DNA of 64,000 nucleotides, from the NCBI GenBank assembly GCA_027459745.1, contig DAIDHL010000001.1, positions 168,290-232,289 on the forward strand, given 5' to 3'. The stretch comes from Candidatus Levyibacteriota bacterium (GTDB lineage: Bacteria > Patescibacteriota > Microgenomatia > Levybacterales > UBA12049). Numbering within the stretch: the stretch's first letter is position 1; each line of letters begins with the position of its first letter. Positions 20,699 to 31,004 of this stretch are shown here, in pieces. The notes under the pieces are model-generated. The model had not been told where the DNA came from and did not search any database. It saw nothing but the letters and a program-made list of their open reading frames with translations. The position numbers were made by a program, and so were the translations under genes.

Positions 20699-21216
20699 AG
20701 AAAAAAATTTCCAAACTATATCTAATGTTAAAAAATCCTAAAGGTTTTACTTTGGTAGAGATGTTGCTATATATGGCTATTTTTTCGATATTGATGGGAG
20801 TACTGATACAGATATTTTTTTCAGCAATTGATACTCAGTTGACGTCTAAAGCAACTTCTAGCGTAGACCAGGACGGAGCATATATCTTATCCAGATTAAA
20901 TTATGATATCTCCCGCGCACAAGCTGTAACATCTCCCAGCAGTTATGGAGTTGGTGCTAGCTCATTGTCTTTACAAATAGGAGGAGCTTCATATACATAT
21001 TCTTTAGATTCTAACGAAAATTTAGTTCTAAACAATACTTATGGCATAAATCAATTAAATAGTGTGGACACTGTATTGAGTAACCTTTCCTTTACCAGAA
21101 TAGGTAATCCGGGCGGTAAAGATACAATTCAGCTTAATTTTCAGCTCAAAAGTACGACTCAAAGAAACACTGGTTATGAATTAAGAAATTTTACTACAAC
21201 AGTAAGTTTGCGTTAA
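20695..21216 (+). CDS. minor pilin / pseudopilin
   Basis: KG|FTLVEMLLYMAIFSIL with extended leader. Confidence 0.65.
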   Translation: MKKKISKLYLMLKNPKGFTLVEMLLYMAIFSILMGVLIQIFFSAIDTQLTSKATSSVDQDGAYILSRLNYDISRAQAVTSPSSYGVGASSLSLQIGGASYTYSLDSNENLVLNNTYGINQLNSVDTVLSNLSFTRIGNPGGKDTIQLNFQLKSTTQRNTGYELRNFTTTVSLR

Positions 21217-21217
21217 T

Positions 21218-21598
21218 ATGAAGCACTTAACTCAAAAAGGACAAGCATTGATAACTTTACTATTATTTGTAATTATTTCTGTTACGATTACGAGTGGTGC
21301 AATTATAGTTATTTTATTAAACTCACGCAATGTAACACAAATTTCTCAGGCTGGAACTTGTAAAGTTATTGCGGAAACAGGAGCAGAAAATGCATTGTTG
21401 CGCATCTTGCGAGATCCAAGTTATACTGGAGAAGTAATGTCCTTGGATGGTGGCTCAACTACCGTGCAAGTGGCTAGTAGTGGAGGAACCTTCACCATTA
21501 CATCGTCAGCTACACTTGATTCATATCATAGTACTATTCAAGTAGTAGCTAATGAAACTAATGATGTGATGAGTGTATCTTCCTGGAAGGAGTTATAA
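21218..21598 (+). CDS. minor pilin-like (Glu+5 missing, PilX/GspK-like)
   Basis: KG|QALITLLLFVIISV; Thr replaces Glu+5. Confidence 0.55.
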   Translation: MKHLTQKGQALITLLLFVIISVTITSGAIIVILLNSRNVTQISQAGTCKVIAETGAENALLRILRDPSYTGEVMSLDGGSTTVQVASSGGTFTITSSATLDSYHSTIQVVANETNDVMSVSSWKEL

Positions 21599-21599
21599 T

Positions 21600-22763
21600 A
21601 TGCCAGAAAATAAAACATTTGCCGTAATATACTTAGATACACAATATTTCGATTATTATGCCCTTCATTTTCAAACACCTTTAAGATTTACTTTCACTAC
21701 AGACACTGTGGGACATATGGATGTCTTGTCGATAGATAAATTAACTGGTCAATTGACCAGCTTTATAACCAATTATAAATTGCCGTCTGCCTCTATCCTT
21801 TTGATACTTTCTGATCGTATGTTATTTTGCAAAGAATTTAACCTTATAGCTCCAGATTCGTCAGAAAATGAAGATATCAAGAATTTTTTAGACATGGTGC
21901 CTTTTGAACACGTGCTCAGTAAAGTATACAAACTTGATCGGAAGATAATTGTTGCCGCCACAAATCAGGATTTTATAAACGTATTTACTAGGGCATTTAA
22001 AGTCAGTAGTCAGATAGATGTATGTATCCCTAGTTTTCTACTTGGCAAAGAATTTAATTTAGATAAAGGATTGTCAAATGAATATGCAAGACTGCTGATA
22101 GAAAAACTTGGCAGTATAAAAATGTGGTCTTTACCTCTTGATCATGATTATGTTGCCCCTGTTTTACCTAAAAGTAGGACTGTTAATAATGCACATAGTG
22201 ACAATTTAAAAGATAGTACTGATTTACAACCGGAAGATCAACCTAAATTGAATAAACCTAACAATACTAGAATTTTTGCTATGGTTGGGATATTTCTATT
22301 GCTCATAGGTATTTTGGTTTTTATGTTTATACAACAATCAATACAAAATAATAAGGCTGATGCATTAGCCAAAGCAAATAATCAAGCTAAGCTTAAACAA
22401 CAGCAAGCTAATGCAAATAATAATTCTATTACTCCGAATACTGTTTTACCCACCGGAGAACCAGCAACGGCTTTTACTGCCACAACAGAAGAACAAAACT
22501 TAACAGTTTCAGTGCAATACACTACAAATTATGCTTCTCAAGCTGCGCAGATTGTGAATAATTTAAACGGCTTCGGCATCAAAAATGTTAGTAGCTTGCC
22601 AATCAGTAGCTCTTCTAATAAACAAATTGTAGTTTTAACATCTGACAAACTTTCAGCTGCGTCTCGACAAAGAATTTTGTCTCAAGTACAAAAGGTAGAA
22701 TCTAATGCTATCTTAGGCTCTAACTCTCAATTATCCGTGGATGTATTAATATTGCTACAGTAG
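21600..22763 (+). CDS. pilus assembly protein, possible PilM-like cytoplasmic domain fused to PilN/O-like bitopic C-terminus
   Basis: About 235-aa cytoplasmic N-domain, one TM (IFAMVGIFLLLIGILVFMFI), Q/N-rich periplasmic coil; operon position between pseudopilins and major pilin; ATG at 21600 chosen over the overlapping 21573 start. Confidence 0.35.
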   Translation: MPENKTFAVIYLDTQYFDYYALHFQTPLRFTFTTDTVGHMDVLSIDKLTGQLTSFITNYKLPSASILLILSDRMLFCKEFNLIAPDSSENEDIKNFLDMVPFEHVLSKVYKLDRKIIVAATNQDFINVFTRAFKVSSQIDVCIPSFLLGKEFNLDKGLSNEYARLLIEKLGSIKMWSLPLDHDYVAPVLPKSRTVNNAHSDNLKDSTDLQPEDQPKLNKPNNTRIFAMVGIFLLLIGILVFMFIQQSIQNNKADALAKANNQAKLKQQQANANNNSITPNTVLPTGEPATAFTATTEEQNLTVSVQYTTNYASQAAQIVNNLNGFGIKNVSSLPISSSSNKQIVVLTSDKLSAASRQRILSQVQKVESNAILGSNSQLSVDVLILLQ

Positions 22764-22767
22764 AAAC

Positions 22768-23232
22768 ATGAGTAGTGCAAAAAGTCTTAAATTTCAAAAA
22801 GGGTTTACGTTAATCGAGCTTTTGATGGTTATTGGAATCTTATCTGTTTTAGTTGGCATTGTATTAGTAGCGATTAACCCTTCTAATCAATTTAAGCAAG
22901 CGAATGACACGAAGAGACAAAATGATGTAGTGGCAATTCTTGGAGCAATCGGACAATATCAGGCAGATCATAATGATGCTCTTCCAGCTGGTTTATCATC
23001 TAATATGTCGTCTACAGAACTTTCCAGTAATGGAGCTAATATTTGTGCTAGTCTTGTCCCAGCTTATATAGCAGCTTTACCTGAAGACCCATTAATATCT
23101 GGTGGAGTAGGAATTACTAACTGTAGTAGTAATTATGATACAGGTTATACCATCGCAATTTCAGCTACAAATACAATTACAATTGCGGGCACAGCTGAAA
23201 TGCCAGGAGTGACTATATCAGTAAGTAGGTGA
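22768..23232 (+). CDS. type IV major pilin
   Basis: FQKG|FTLIELLMVIGILSVLVGIVLVAI with Glu+5 and ANDTKRQNDV hinge typical of T4a pilins/GspG. Confidence 0.75.
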   Translation: MSSAKSLKFQKGFTLIELLMVIGILSVLVGIVLVAINPSNQFKQANDTKRQNDVVAILGAIGQYQADHNDALPAGLSSNMSSTELSSNGANICASLVPAYIAALPEDPLISGGVGITNCSSNYDTGYTIAISATNTITIAGTAEMPGVTISVSR

Positions 23233-23269
23233 GGGGTTGGTTGATTGTAGGTTAACTGATTTACTAAAT

Positions 23270-23707
23270 TTATTTCTCCTCACGTTCTTTTTTTCTTTGA
23301 TCTTCGGTTTCATCAGGACGTTTATAATCATCTTCAAGTCTGTATGTTGTGCCGATTTCAGGTGTAGAAACCTCAATGACGTCACAGTCCGTAATGCCTA
23401 CTAGGCGGTGTTTCTGACCCAGAGCACAGGTATAACCAACATTTGCTTGAAGTTCGGTCTCCATTAATTCACCTAGATTGTTTTCCCAGACGACCTTGGC
23501 ACGTCCATTCGTGAGTAACCAGCTCTCTTGTTTTTTGTCATGTACTTGTAGACTTAAGCGGCTGCCAGCATTGATATGAATGATTTTACCCATGTAGGGG
23601 ACATTTGCAGGTACCCAGTGCAATTCATAACCCCATGGTTTTTCAATTTTTCTGACATAAGAATCATTAGAAAACTTGGATTTATCAATTTTATTAAGAT
23701 CAAACAT
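23270..23707 (-). CDS. cupin domain protein (mannose-6-phosphate isomerase type II cupin-like)
   Basis: KPWGYELHW...GSRLSLQVHDKKQESWLLTNGRAKV cupin motifs. Confidence 0.6.
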   Translation of the reverse strand: MFDLNKIDKSKFSNDSYVRKIEKPWGYELHWVPANVPYMGKIIHINAGSRLSLQVHDKKQESWLLTNGRAKVVWENNLGELMETELQANVGYTCALGQKHRLVGITDCDVIEVSTPEIGTTYRLEDDYKRPDETEDQRKKEREEK

Positions 23708-23721
23708 ACTATATTTTGAGG

Positions 23722-25089
23722 TTATGCCATCGAGTTAATTAAATCTACTAATTCTTTGGTTTTTTCTTTTTCTACTTTCTCTGAACGAGCCTCAACATTT
23801 ATGCGCAATAGTGGTTCGGTATTTGACTTACGTAGATTAAATCTCCATTGATCATATTCAACTGATAAACCATCAACAAACTCTTGTTTTCCGTCATTAT
23901 ATTTCTCTTTTATGGCCTCAATTATTTTATCTTTATTTTCAGTTTCAAAATTAATCTCGCCAGAAATAAAATATTTACTTGTATAAGGAGACACCAACTG
24001 TGATAATGTTTGGGAATACTTGGACATCATCTCCCAAATTAAGAAGAAAGGAATCATGCCATTGTCACGTCCATAGTTTTCTTTGAAGTAAAAATGAGAA
24101 GACATTTCTCCGCCGAAGATGGCGTTTTCAGTTTTCATATTACCAGCGATAATTGTCATACCAGGAGGACTAATAAAAGGTGTGCCTCCATTGGAAGTAA
24201 TAGCTTCAGTGGTAGCCCAAGTTAAACGTGGATCAATAATTACAGTTGATCCGGGACTTTTCTTTAATAACTCAACTGACATTACTGCCGTCATGAAATA
24301 ACCTTCAATAAAATTAGCTGTTTCATCAGCAAAAAAACATCTATCTCCATCTGCATCCCAAGAGACTCCCAAATCAGCTTTTTCTTCAGAAATTGCGGCT
24401 AGTAATTCTTTTCTGTTACCGGGAAGTAATGGGTTGGGTGGACCTTTAGGGAAAGTGCCATCTGGTCGGTCGTTAAGAGGAACAATTGTCAAAGGTAAAT
24501 TAAATATCTCTACGGCTCTTTTTAACATAATTACGTCCACTCCAAAGTTAGCATTAGCGACCACTTTAATTGGTTTAAGCTGTTTATAATCTACAAATTC
24601 TACGGCTTTTTTTAAAAAGTCATCTAAAACATCTTTTTCTTCTACCGTGCCTTTAGCATCTGACTTTAGTGGCTCAAAACCCTTATCTACCAAATCTCTA
24701 ATATCAAATAAACCTGTTTTGGAAGAAATAGGTTCAGCACCTCTTTTGCAAATATTCATGCCATTATATTCACGTGGGTTATGTGAGGCTGAAATAGTAA
24801 TACCACCATCCACTGGCAATTCACCTACCGCAAAATAGAAGACATCTGTAGAAACTACTCCAATGTTTATAACATTTACACCTGCATCCAAAAAGCCATT
24901 TAAAGCAGCATTAAACAACGATTCACCCGACTCTCTGACATCTCTACCTAAAACTACAATTTTAGGGTTATATAATTTAACATAGGCTTGAGCTACTTGA
25001 TAAGCTATTTCTTCATTAAAGTCTGTGGGGTATATTCCGCGGATGTCGTAAGACTTAAATATAGATGGGTTTAGTGCCATATCCCACAT
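23722..25089 (-). CDS. phosphomannomutase/phosphoglucomutase
   Basis: Active-site loop TISASHNPREYNG and four-domain PGM/PMM architecture. Confidence 0.85.
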   Translation of the reverse strand: MWDMALNPSIFKSYDIRGIYPTDFNEEIAYQVAQAYVKLYNPKIVVLGRDVRESGESLFNAALNGFLDAGVNVINIGVVSTDVFYFAVGELPVDGGITISASHNPREYNGMNICKRGAEPISSKTGLFDIRDLVDKGFEPLKSDAKGTVEEKDVLDDFLKKAVEFVDYKQLKPIKVVANANFGVDVIMLKRAVEIFNLPLTIVPLNDRPDGTFPKGPPNPLLPGNRKELLAAISEEKADLGVSWDADGDRCFFADETANFIEGYFMTAVMSVELLKKSPGSTVIIDPRLTWATTEAITSNGGTPFISPPGMTIIAGNMKTENAIFGGEMSSHFYFKENYGRDNGMIPFFLIWEMMSKYSQTLSQLVSPYTSKYFISGEINFETENKDKIIEAIKEKYNDGKQEFVDGLSVEYDQWRFNLRKSNTEPLLRINVEARSEKVEKEKTKELVDLINSMA

Positions 25090-25090
25090 A

Positions 25091-25777
25091 TTAAATCTCA
25101 GCTAAAAAAAAGTCAAGGGTATCAGGTAAGGGTTGTGTAAGATTGCCTGTCTTGTATTGCCAGTCAAAATTAAATAATTTTTCATGTAGGATTAGTAACT
25201 TTTTAGTTGAAAAAAGCTTGCTTTGTTTTATCAACTTGGGTTTTTGCCACTGCATCATATTAATTTCAGAGATGCTGGTAAGTGAGTTTTCTTTTAGGGC
25301 TAAAAGTAAACGTATTTGTTTGCCAATCATAAATAGAATTATTTCCGGTTCTATATTTTGCAAGGTTTGGTGATAAAGAAAAATTAATCGTTTGCTATTT
25401 TCAGGTGCTAATGCATCAAGCAATTGAAAAAGAGTTTGTGGGTAAGAAAATTCTCTAAATACTGCTCCGGCCAGTTTTTTCTGTTGTGGTTTTGAGAGCT
25501 GTTTCTGTTCCCATAATGCAATGTTGCCTTTATTATGTTTATGTAAAAAATCAATTAAAATATCCAGTTCCTTTCCGGCATGTTTTTTACTTAAAAGGTT
25601 TTCTATAAAGACGTCTTTATTTTCCACAAATAAACCATTTCCTTCAACAGCTTCTGTTAAATCAGTCAAAGTCATTTTATCACCCTGCAATGTAATCGCA
25701 TCAAGTGTGCTTTGTTTAAGCTGAAAATAAAAGTTACGAGAATCTTTTAAATTATCACCGTGAATAATAGTTAACAT
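25091..25777 (-). CDS. possible DNA polymerase III delta subunit (HolA-like, short)
   Basis: Weak pattern match (N-terminal IIHGDN, C-terminal LxxxLxxD..KTG); low confidence. Confidence 0.3.
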   Translation of the reverse strand: MLTIIHGDNLKDSRNFYFQLKQSTLDAITLQGDKMTLTDLTEAVEGNGLFVENKDVFIENLLSKKHAGKELDILIDFLHKHNKGNIALWEQKQLSKPQQKKLAGAVFREFSYPQTLFQLLDALAPENSKRLIFLYHQTLQNIEPEIILFMIGKQIRLLLALKENSLTSISEINMMQWQKPKLIKQSKLFSTKKLLILHEKLFNFDWQYKTGNLTQPLPDTLDFFLAEI

Positions 25778-25815
25778 AGTTTAATAATCCAACAAACACA
25801 TATTCTAATATTTAA

Positions 25816-26196
25816 CTATTCATTTATTCTTTTTTTGTACTCTTTAAATAATTTACCTACTGATTGACCGATATTTTGGTGTCGAGTTTTATGAGGAACT
25901 AATGCACCAGAAAAATTCTTAGGTATATGTAACAATTCATGAATTAAAACCTTGGTTTTTTTCTCATCGTCCAGCTTGTCATAATATTTTGATAGAACTT
26001 CAATCACGTATGCCGGCTCAACCTCCAGAGCCTGTTGAAAAATTTTAGGAAATGCCCAGGTGCGGGCATAAGCACGGGATTTTGAGCCATAAGTACGATA
26101 ACAAAAAACTCTATTCAAATTAATGTATGGTAAATCGAGAACTTTTATTATTTGTTCTAATTTTTTTTTGATATCTTCAGCTATTTCCCAATCCAT
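25816..26196 (-). CDS. small HExxH protein, putative Zn-metallopeptidase-like (SprT/DUF45-like)
   Basis: LIHELLHIP HExxH motif in a 126-aa protein. Confidence 0.4.
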   Translation of the reverse strand: MDWEIAEDIKKKLEQIIKVLDLPYINLNRVFCYRTYGSKSRAYARTWAFPKIFQQALEVEPAYVIEVLSKYYDKLDDEKKTKVLIHELLHIPKNFSGALVPHKTRHQNIGQSVGKLFKEYKKRINE

Positions 26197-26362
26197 AAAA
26201 TGATAAACCTTAAATCTAAATTTTCAGAAGACTAGGAATACTCAGTTAATCTGAAAATTAGACTTCCAGTGAATCAGATTTTCAAATATATACTGACTTT
26301 TCTAAAATTCGGATCTACCGAAACTCTGAGTGTTCAAAGTTTTCTGAATATCGAATTCAATT

Positions 26363-27544
26363 TTAGATTTTCAATAGCCATTTTAACAAAATTTTAACAG
26401 ATGTTGGTAAGATAAATTTAGGTTGGGTGGTATTTATGACATTGGGGAAATTTTTGGTGGGAGGGTTGAATGTTTTTACTGTAGCAGCAGCTAGAACCTG
26501 GGAACTATTTAATACAGGTTTGCCCTTAGTTTTAGATATGTTTTTTAAGAATTTATATTCATTTGTTTGACTATTGTCAGGTTTTATCAATGAGAAAGGT
26601 TGGAATGGTCCAGCTGCTGCATCTAAGAGAAAAGGGGTGATTGCAACAATACTAGGGTCGTTCCATACGTTATTAAAGGCTTGTTGATAATAACCAACGA
26701 TAGTATTGTCGCTTACAATATCATCCTCCCAACCTGTTTCCGTAATAAATACAGGCAACTTTTTACCTCCTAATTGTTGTAATAGATTTTGTTCGTAGTG
26801 AAAACTGTAAATACTTTCAGTTGTATTAACACTGGGGGGTTGAATAAAGCCTGGATTGGGGTAGGAGTGGCTAGAAAATCCGTCAATCTCAGAAAAAATA
26901 TTCGGTACTGCTTGTGCCATCGCCTCGTAGTACTGATATTCATTCATATATTGATTGCCTTGAGTAGGTGCAGCATTATCCATGCCTGCACTTATCATAA
27001 AAAAATCTGGATTTACAAATTTAAACTCTTTAACAGCATAATCCAGCAGTTGTGCATAGCCTGCTGGATCGACTGATCCTCCCCATTCGTCAGCTCTATT
27101 TACCTCGTTATATACAATTATATATCGATTTCTAGTAGGCCAATTCAATGAATTTAAAAAATTAGCGAAATCTATGATGTCGTTATAATCAGGCTTACTC
27201 CAGTCTTGTGTATTAAAATAATCACCAGTAGTGGCCAATCTAATAATGGGAATAATGTGATCTTTTTTACACTCATCCATAAAATTTTGCCATTTTACCA
27301 GATCTTTATCATCAGACTGAATGGGAATGGTGACGTACCCCCAGTCACCTCCATTGCCATTAACTAAACCAGCAGCGTTATCTACCTCACTAGGGAAAAG
27401 AATATGTATGCCAATTTTGTTATTTGGTACGGACAGGGGGTTTTCTATGGCATAAATTTGTTTTACGGGGAAGAGAATAAAAACAAGAAGGAATAGTATA
27501 TAAATAAAAAGTTTTTTCATCCAATTAATTATATCACTTGACAT
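26363..27544 (-). CDS. secreted/membrane-anchored protein, possible TIM-barrel glycoside hydrolase-like
   Basis: N-terminal signal/TM; IIVYNEVNRADEWGG resembles a GH clan-A NEP strand; weak. Confidence 0.3.
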   Translation of the reverse strand: MSSDIINWMKKLFIYILFLLVFILFPVKQIYAIENPLSVPNNKIGIHILFPSEVDNAAGLVNGNGGDWGYVTIPIQSDDKDLVKWQNFMDECKKDHIIPIIRLATTGDYFNTQDWSKPDYNDIIDFANFLNSLNWPTRNRYIIVYNEVNRADEWGGSVDPAGYAQLLDYAVKEFKFVNPDFFMISAGMDNAAPTQGNQYMNEYQYYEAMAQAVPNIFSEIDGFSSHSYPNPGFIQPPSVNTTESIYSFHYEQNLLQQLGGKKLPVFITETGWEDDIVSDNTIVGYYQQAFNNVWNDPSIVAITPFLLDAAAGPFQPFSLIKPDNSQTNEYKFLKNISKTKGKPVLNSSQVLAAATVKTFNPPTKNFPNVINTTQPKFILPTSVKILLKWLLKI

Positions 27545-27628
27545 TAGATTAAATAAATCTTATAGTATTGCGATATTTTAATTTTAACATAATCCAGGCA
27601 CGAATCTATCTACTTGGAATAATTAACT

Positions 27629-28318
27629 ATGAAAAAGGAGTTTATAATAGATTCAAGAATAATAAATAATCTTGATGCTGCATCAGATGGGAAACAAAGT
27701 AAAGGGCAACATCCTTTAAGAAATCCTCTTATCAGGAGGATTTTTGATTCATTGATTGTTAACGGAATGGAGTATTTCTCAGTTCATGATACATTAAATA
27801 TAAACGGTGAAACAACTTTCTGTTTGCAAGCTTTTCCATATGTGAATGAAATCAAAGATGTTGAGACTTTTCTGGATAAAGTAGGTCAATTATATAAATG
27901 GTTAACTATGTTTACAGATGCAAAGTGGACTGAAAAACCTTTTGAAGTTGGGCATACAAGCGCAGAGAGTTTATATTTAGGTTCTTTGGAGACTACAAAT
28001 TATTTTCCAGTTTCAGAAAAGTATAGAGCCTCATATCATGATGTATTAAGAGAATATACGAGAACGCATAAACGAAATGCGAGGTTTTGGCGAAAATTAA
28101 ATGAGTGGTACTTAGAACGTTTGGCTGTCGAAGCAAATAGAGAGTATTATAAAACAAATATTCAGGTCATCCCATATCCAGCAAGAAGATTTGCAGAGGC
28201 AGGAAGAATGTCATCTTTAAGAAAAGGGCAAGCGAGAGTAAGTCATCAAATGGTTATTCAGTCCACAAGAAATCCGGGACTTAACAATGCGCAGTTTATA
28301 TCATTATTGAATGAGTAA
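27629..28318 (+). CDS. hypothetical protein
   Basis: 229-aa ORF, no motif recognised. Confidence 0.4.
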   Translation: MKKEFIIDSRIINNLDAASDGKQSKGQHPLRNPLIRRIFDSLIVNGMEYFSVHDTLNINGETTFCLQAFPYVNEIKDVETFLDKVGQLYKWLTMFTDAKWTEKPFEVGHTSAESLYLGSLETTNYFPVSEKYRASYHDVLREYTRTHKRNARFWRKLNEWYLERLAVEANREYYKTNIQVIPYPARRFAEAGRMSSLRKGQARVSHQMVIQSTRNPGLNNAQFISLLNE

Positions 28319-28345
28319 ATAATATACAATAGATAATTAAATCTA

Positions 28346-29314
28346 ATGAAAAATAATAATTTCTGGAAAGATTTACCAAGACCATTTTCAGCATTGGCTC
28401 CTATGGATGGAGTAACTGATGCTGTTTTCCGACAAATTATTGTAGAAACAGGCAAACCTGATGTATTGTTCACTGAATTTACCAATTGTGACGGGTTACT
28501 ATCTAGTGGAAAGGATAAAGTTATTCAAAGATTGAAGTTTAAGTCAAATGAACATTTTATAGTCGCACAGATTTGGGGAAACGATCCTAAAACTTTTTAT
28601 GAATCTGCCAAGATTTGCGTAGATTTAGGTTTCGATGGAATTGATATAAATATGGGTTGTCCAGTGCGAGACATCACACAGCATGGAGCATGTTCTGCTT
28701 TGATTGATAATCCTAAATTGGCGGGAGAGATTATTCAGGCTACTAAAGACGGAGCAGGAAAATTACCAGTAAGTGTAAAAACTCGTGTAGGGAGAAAAAT
28801 GGAAATTATTGATCAGTGGATAAGGTTTTTACTTCAGCAGGACTTGCCTGCATTAACTATACATCTGCGGACAGTAGCCGAAATGTCAAAAGTGCCCGCT
28901 CACTGGGAATACATGGCCAAAATAGTTAAATTGCGAAACGAGATTGCACCCCAAACATTACTGGTTGGGAATGGCGATGTACAAAATTTAGTAGATGGAG
29001 AAGAAAAGACACAAGTATATAGAATTGAGGGGATAATGTATGGAAGAGCTGTTTTTAGTGATCCTTGGTTATTTAATAAATCAATAGATAAAACAACAAT
29101 TACAGTTAAGCAACGGCTAGTACTTTTTCAACAACATTTAGATTTATTTAGAAGTGAGTATGGAGAAACGACAAATTATGCCATCCTTAAAAAATATTGT
29201 AAAATATACATGAATAGTTTTTCCAATGCAGCTGAGTTGAGAGAGAAAATCATGTTAACGAAAAGCTTAACCGAAATGGAACAAGTCACTAAAGATATGA
29301 TAAAGAGCTTATAA
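28346..29314 (+). CDS. tRNA-dihydrouridine synthase
   Basis: ALAPMDGVTDAVFRQI...VAQIWGNDPKTF...GFDGIDINMGCPV Dus signature with catalytic Cys. Confidence 0.85.
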   Translation: MKNNNFWKDLPRPFSALAPMDGVTDAVFRQIIVETGKPDVLFTEFTNCDGLLSSGKDKVIQRLKFKSNEHFIVAQIWGNDPKTFYESAKICVDLGFDGIDINMGCPVRDITQHGACSALIDNPKLAGEIIQATKDGAGKLPVSVKTRVGRKMEIIDQWIRFLLQQDLPALTIHLRTVAEMSKVPAHWEYMAKIVKLRNEIAPQTLLVGNGDVQNLVDGEEKTQVYRIEGIMYGRAVFSDPWLFNKSIDKTTITVKQRLVLFQQHLDLFRSEYGETTNYAILKKYCKIYMNSFSNAAELREKIMLTKSLTEMEQVTKDMIKSL

Positions 29315-29366
29315 TATATAAAGTAATTGCTTGTCTGAAAGTTCCTATTATGTATAATAAACATAT

Positions 29367-30077
29367 ATGAATACTAAATTAAGTGTTATTATTCCAACCT
29401 TTAATGAAGAGGAGTTCTTGCCTAATTTACTGGATTCATTAAAAAAACAAACTTTCCGTCCCGAAGAAATTATAGTAAGTGATGCATTTTCAACTGATAA
29501 TACTCGTAATATAGCTGCGTTGTACGGATGTAAAGTCATTGACGGAGGACGTCCTGCTCATGCTAGAAACAAAGGAGCAAGCGTGGCAAAGGGGGAGATC
29601 TTACTATTTTTAGATGCAGATGTAGTTTTGCCTAAAAATTTCCTTAAAGATACGATTTCTGAATTCGAGAAGCGTAAGTTAGATATTGCTTCCTGTTTTG
29701 TAACCCCTTTGTCCAATTTGACGGTGGATCACATGCTCCATTCACTGGTGAATTATTATATTAAACTCACATCGGAATTCTACCCTCATTTACCAGGTTT
29801 TTGTGTTTTTGTAAGAAAAAGTACACATAATAAAATTAAGGGTTTTGACGAAGAATTATTATTAGCAGAAGATCATGATTATGTGCAGCGAGCTAAGCAA
29901 TTTGGTAAGTTTGCCTTTTTAAATGCTTATAAAGTTCCTGTATCAGTGAGGAGATTATCAGAAGAAGGTAGATTCAAAATCGCTCTTAAATATGTTGCAA
30001 TTGAGATCCATTTATTCTTGCTGGGGCATATTAAAGAGAATATATTTGAATACAATTTCGGCAAACATCATAAATAG
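29367..30077 (+). CDS. family 2 glycosyltransferase
   Basis: LSVIIPTFNEEEFLPNLLDSLKKQ...EIIVSDAFSTD and DAD motif (LFLDADV). Confidence 0.8.
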   Translation: MNTKLSVIIPTFNEEEFLPNLLDSLKKQTFRPEEIIVSDAFSTDNTRNIAALYGCKVIDGGRPAHARNKGASVAKGEILLFLDADVVLPKNFLKDTISEFEKRKLDIASCFVTPLSNLTVDHMLHSLVNYYIKLTSEFYPHLPGFCVFVRKSTHNKIKGFDEELLLAEDHDYVQRAKQFGKFAFLNAYKVPVSVRRLSEEGRFKIALKYVAIEIHLFLLGHIKENIFEYNFGKHHK

Positions 30078-30080
30078 TCG

Positions 30081-30920
30081 ATGATATATAGTAGAATTAC
30101 CAAAAAAAGTTTCTCTCCTGAGCCAAATGTGACAGATTACTACTGGGTATGCGGTAACGAGTCTAATCCAGCTTTATTGTTTCTTCCTGGATACACAGGT
30201 ACTCATAAAGATCTTTTAGAAATGTCTGAAATTCTCAAAGAAGAATATTTTGTTTTGATTCCGGACTTACCAGGCTGGGGAGATTCGCAGCCCTTATATG
30301 AACGCTTAACCTTAACTAACTATGCCGATTATCTGGAAAAATTGCTTAATTCAATAGCGCTACAAAGACTTATTGTATGTGGCCATTGTATGGGAGCTAC
30401 TTTAGCTATAGAGCTAGCTCATAAATATCCTGATTTGGTTAAAGAATTGTTTTTAATAAGTACACCCTATATACATAATACCTTAAGTGAAACTATGTTT
30501 TTGCACTTGGCTGATTTAAGCGAACATTCTCCAAGGCCATTTAAAAGTTTTTTCTTCTTGTGGAGAAGTAGAATTTTTAGCGTCCCTTTAAGCCTTTTTA
30601 TTTTAAAATTCCGTAGTTTTAGAAAGATGTTAAAAATTACATTTAAAACAGCGTTTTCGCAAACTAAACAAGACGAAAAAGCTGTAGAGGAAAACTGGAT
30701 TAGCTTGATTCATTTTGATTATAAAAAGATTCTTAATTTAAACATTCCCATTTATTTAATTTATGGAGATGAGGACCTGATCATAAACAAGAAACAGGCA
30801 TATAAGTTTCATTCTTTACGACCCTCAGTGCCATTACACTTTATTCCTCATGCTGGGCATTTACCTCCCGTAGAAACACCTGGTAGTCTAGCTAACTATA
30901 TAAAGAGCCTTACGGCATAG
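30081..30920 (+). CDS. alpha/beta hydrolase with Cys in the nucleophile elbow (GHCMG)
   Basis: LIVCGHCMGATLAIELA at the GxSxG position; C-terminal HAGH. Confidence 0.6.
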   Translation: MIYSRITKKSFSPEPNVTDYYWVCGNESNPALLFLPGYTGTHKDLLEMSEILKEEYFVLIPDLPGWGDSQPLYERLTLTNYADYLEKLLNSIALQRLIVCGHCMGATLAIELAHKYPDLVKELFLISTPYIHNTLSETMFLHLADLSEHSPRPFKSFFFLWRSRIFSVPLSLFILKFRSFRKMLKITFKTAFSQTKQDEKAVEENWISLIHFDYKKILNLNIPIYLIYGDEDLIINKKQAYKFHSLRPSVPLHFIPHAGHLPPVETPGSLANYIKSLTA

Positions 30921-31004
30921 TTTTCTACAAAATCTGTTATCAAAATCCTTCAATCTAAATAAGATTTTGCGAATGATTTAGCGCATAAATGCGACTTACA
31001 TTAT

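Noticed and set aside
23233-23269. Weak TGAGGGG…CCTCA inverted repeat after the major pilin gene as a terminator
   Set aside because: The stem is only 5-6 bp with a 36-nt loop and no U-tract.
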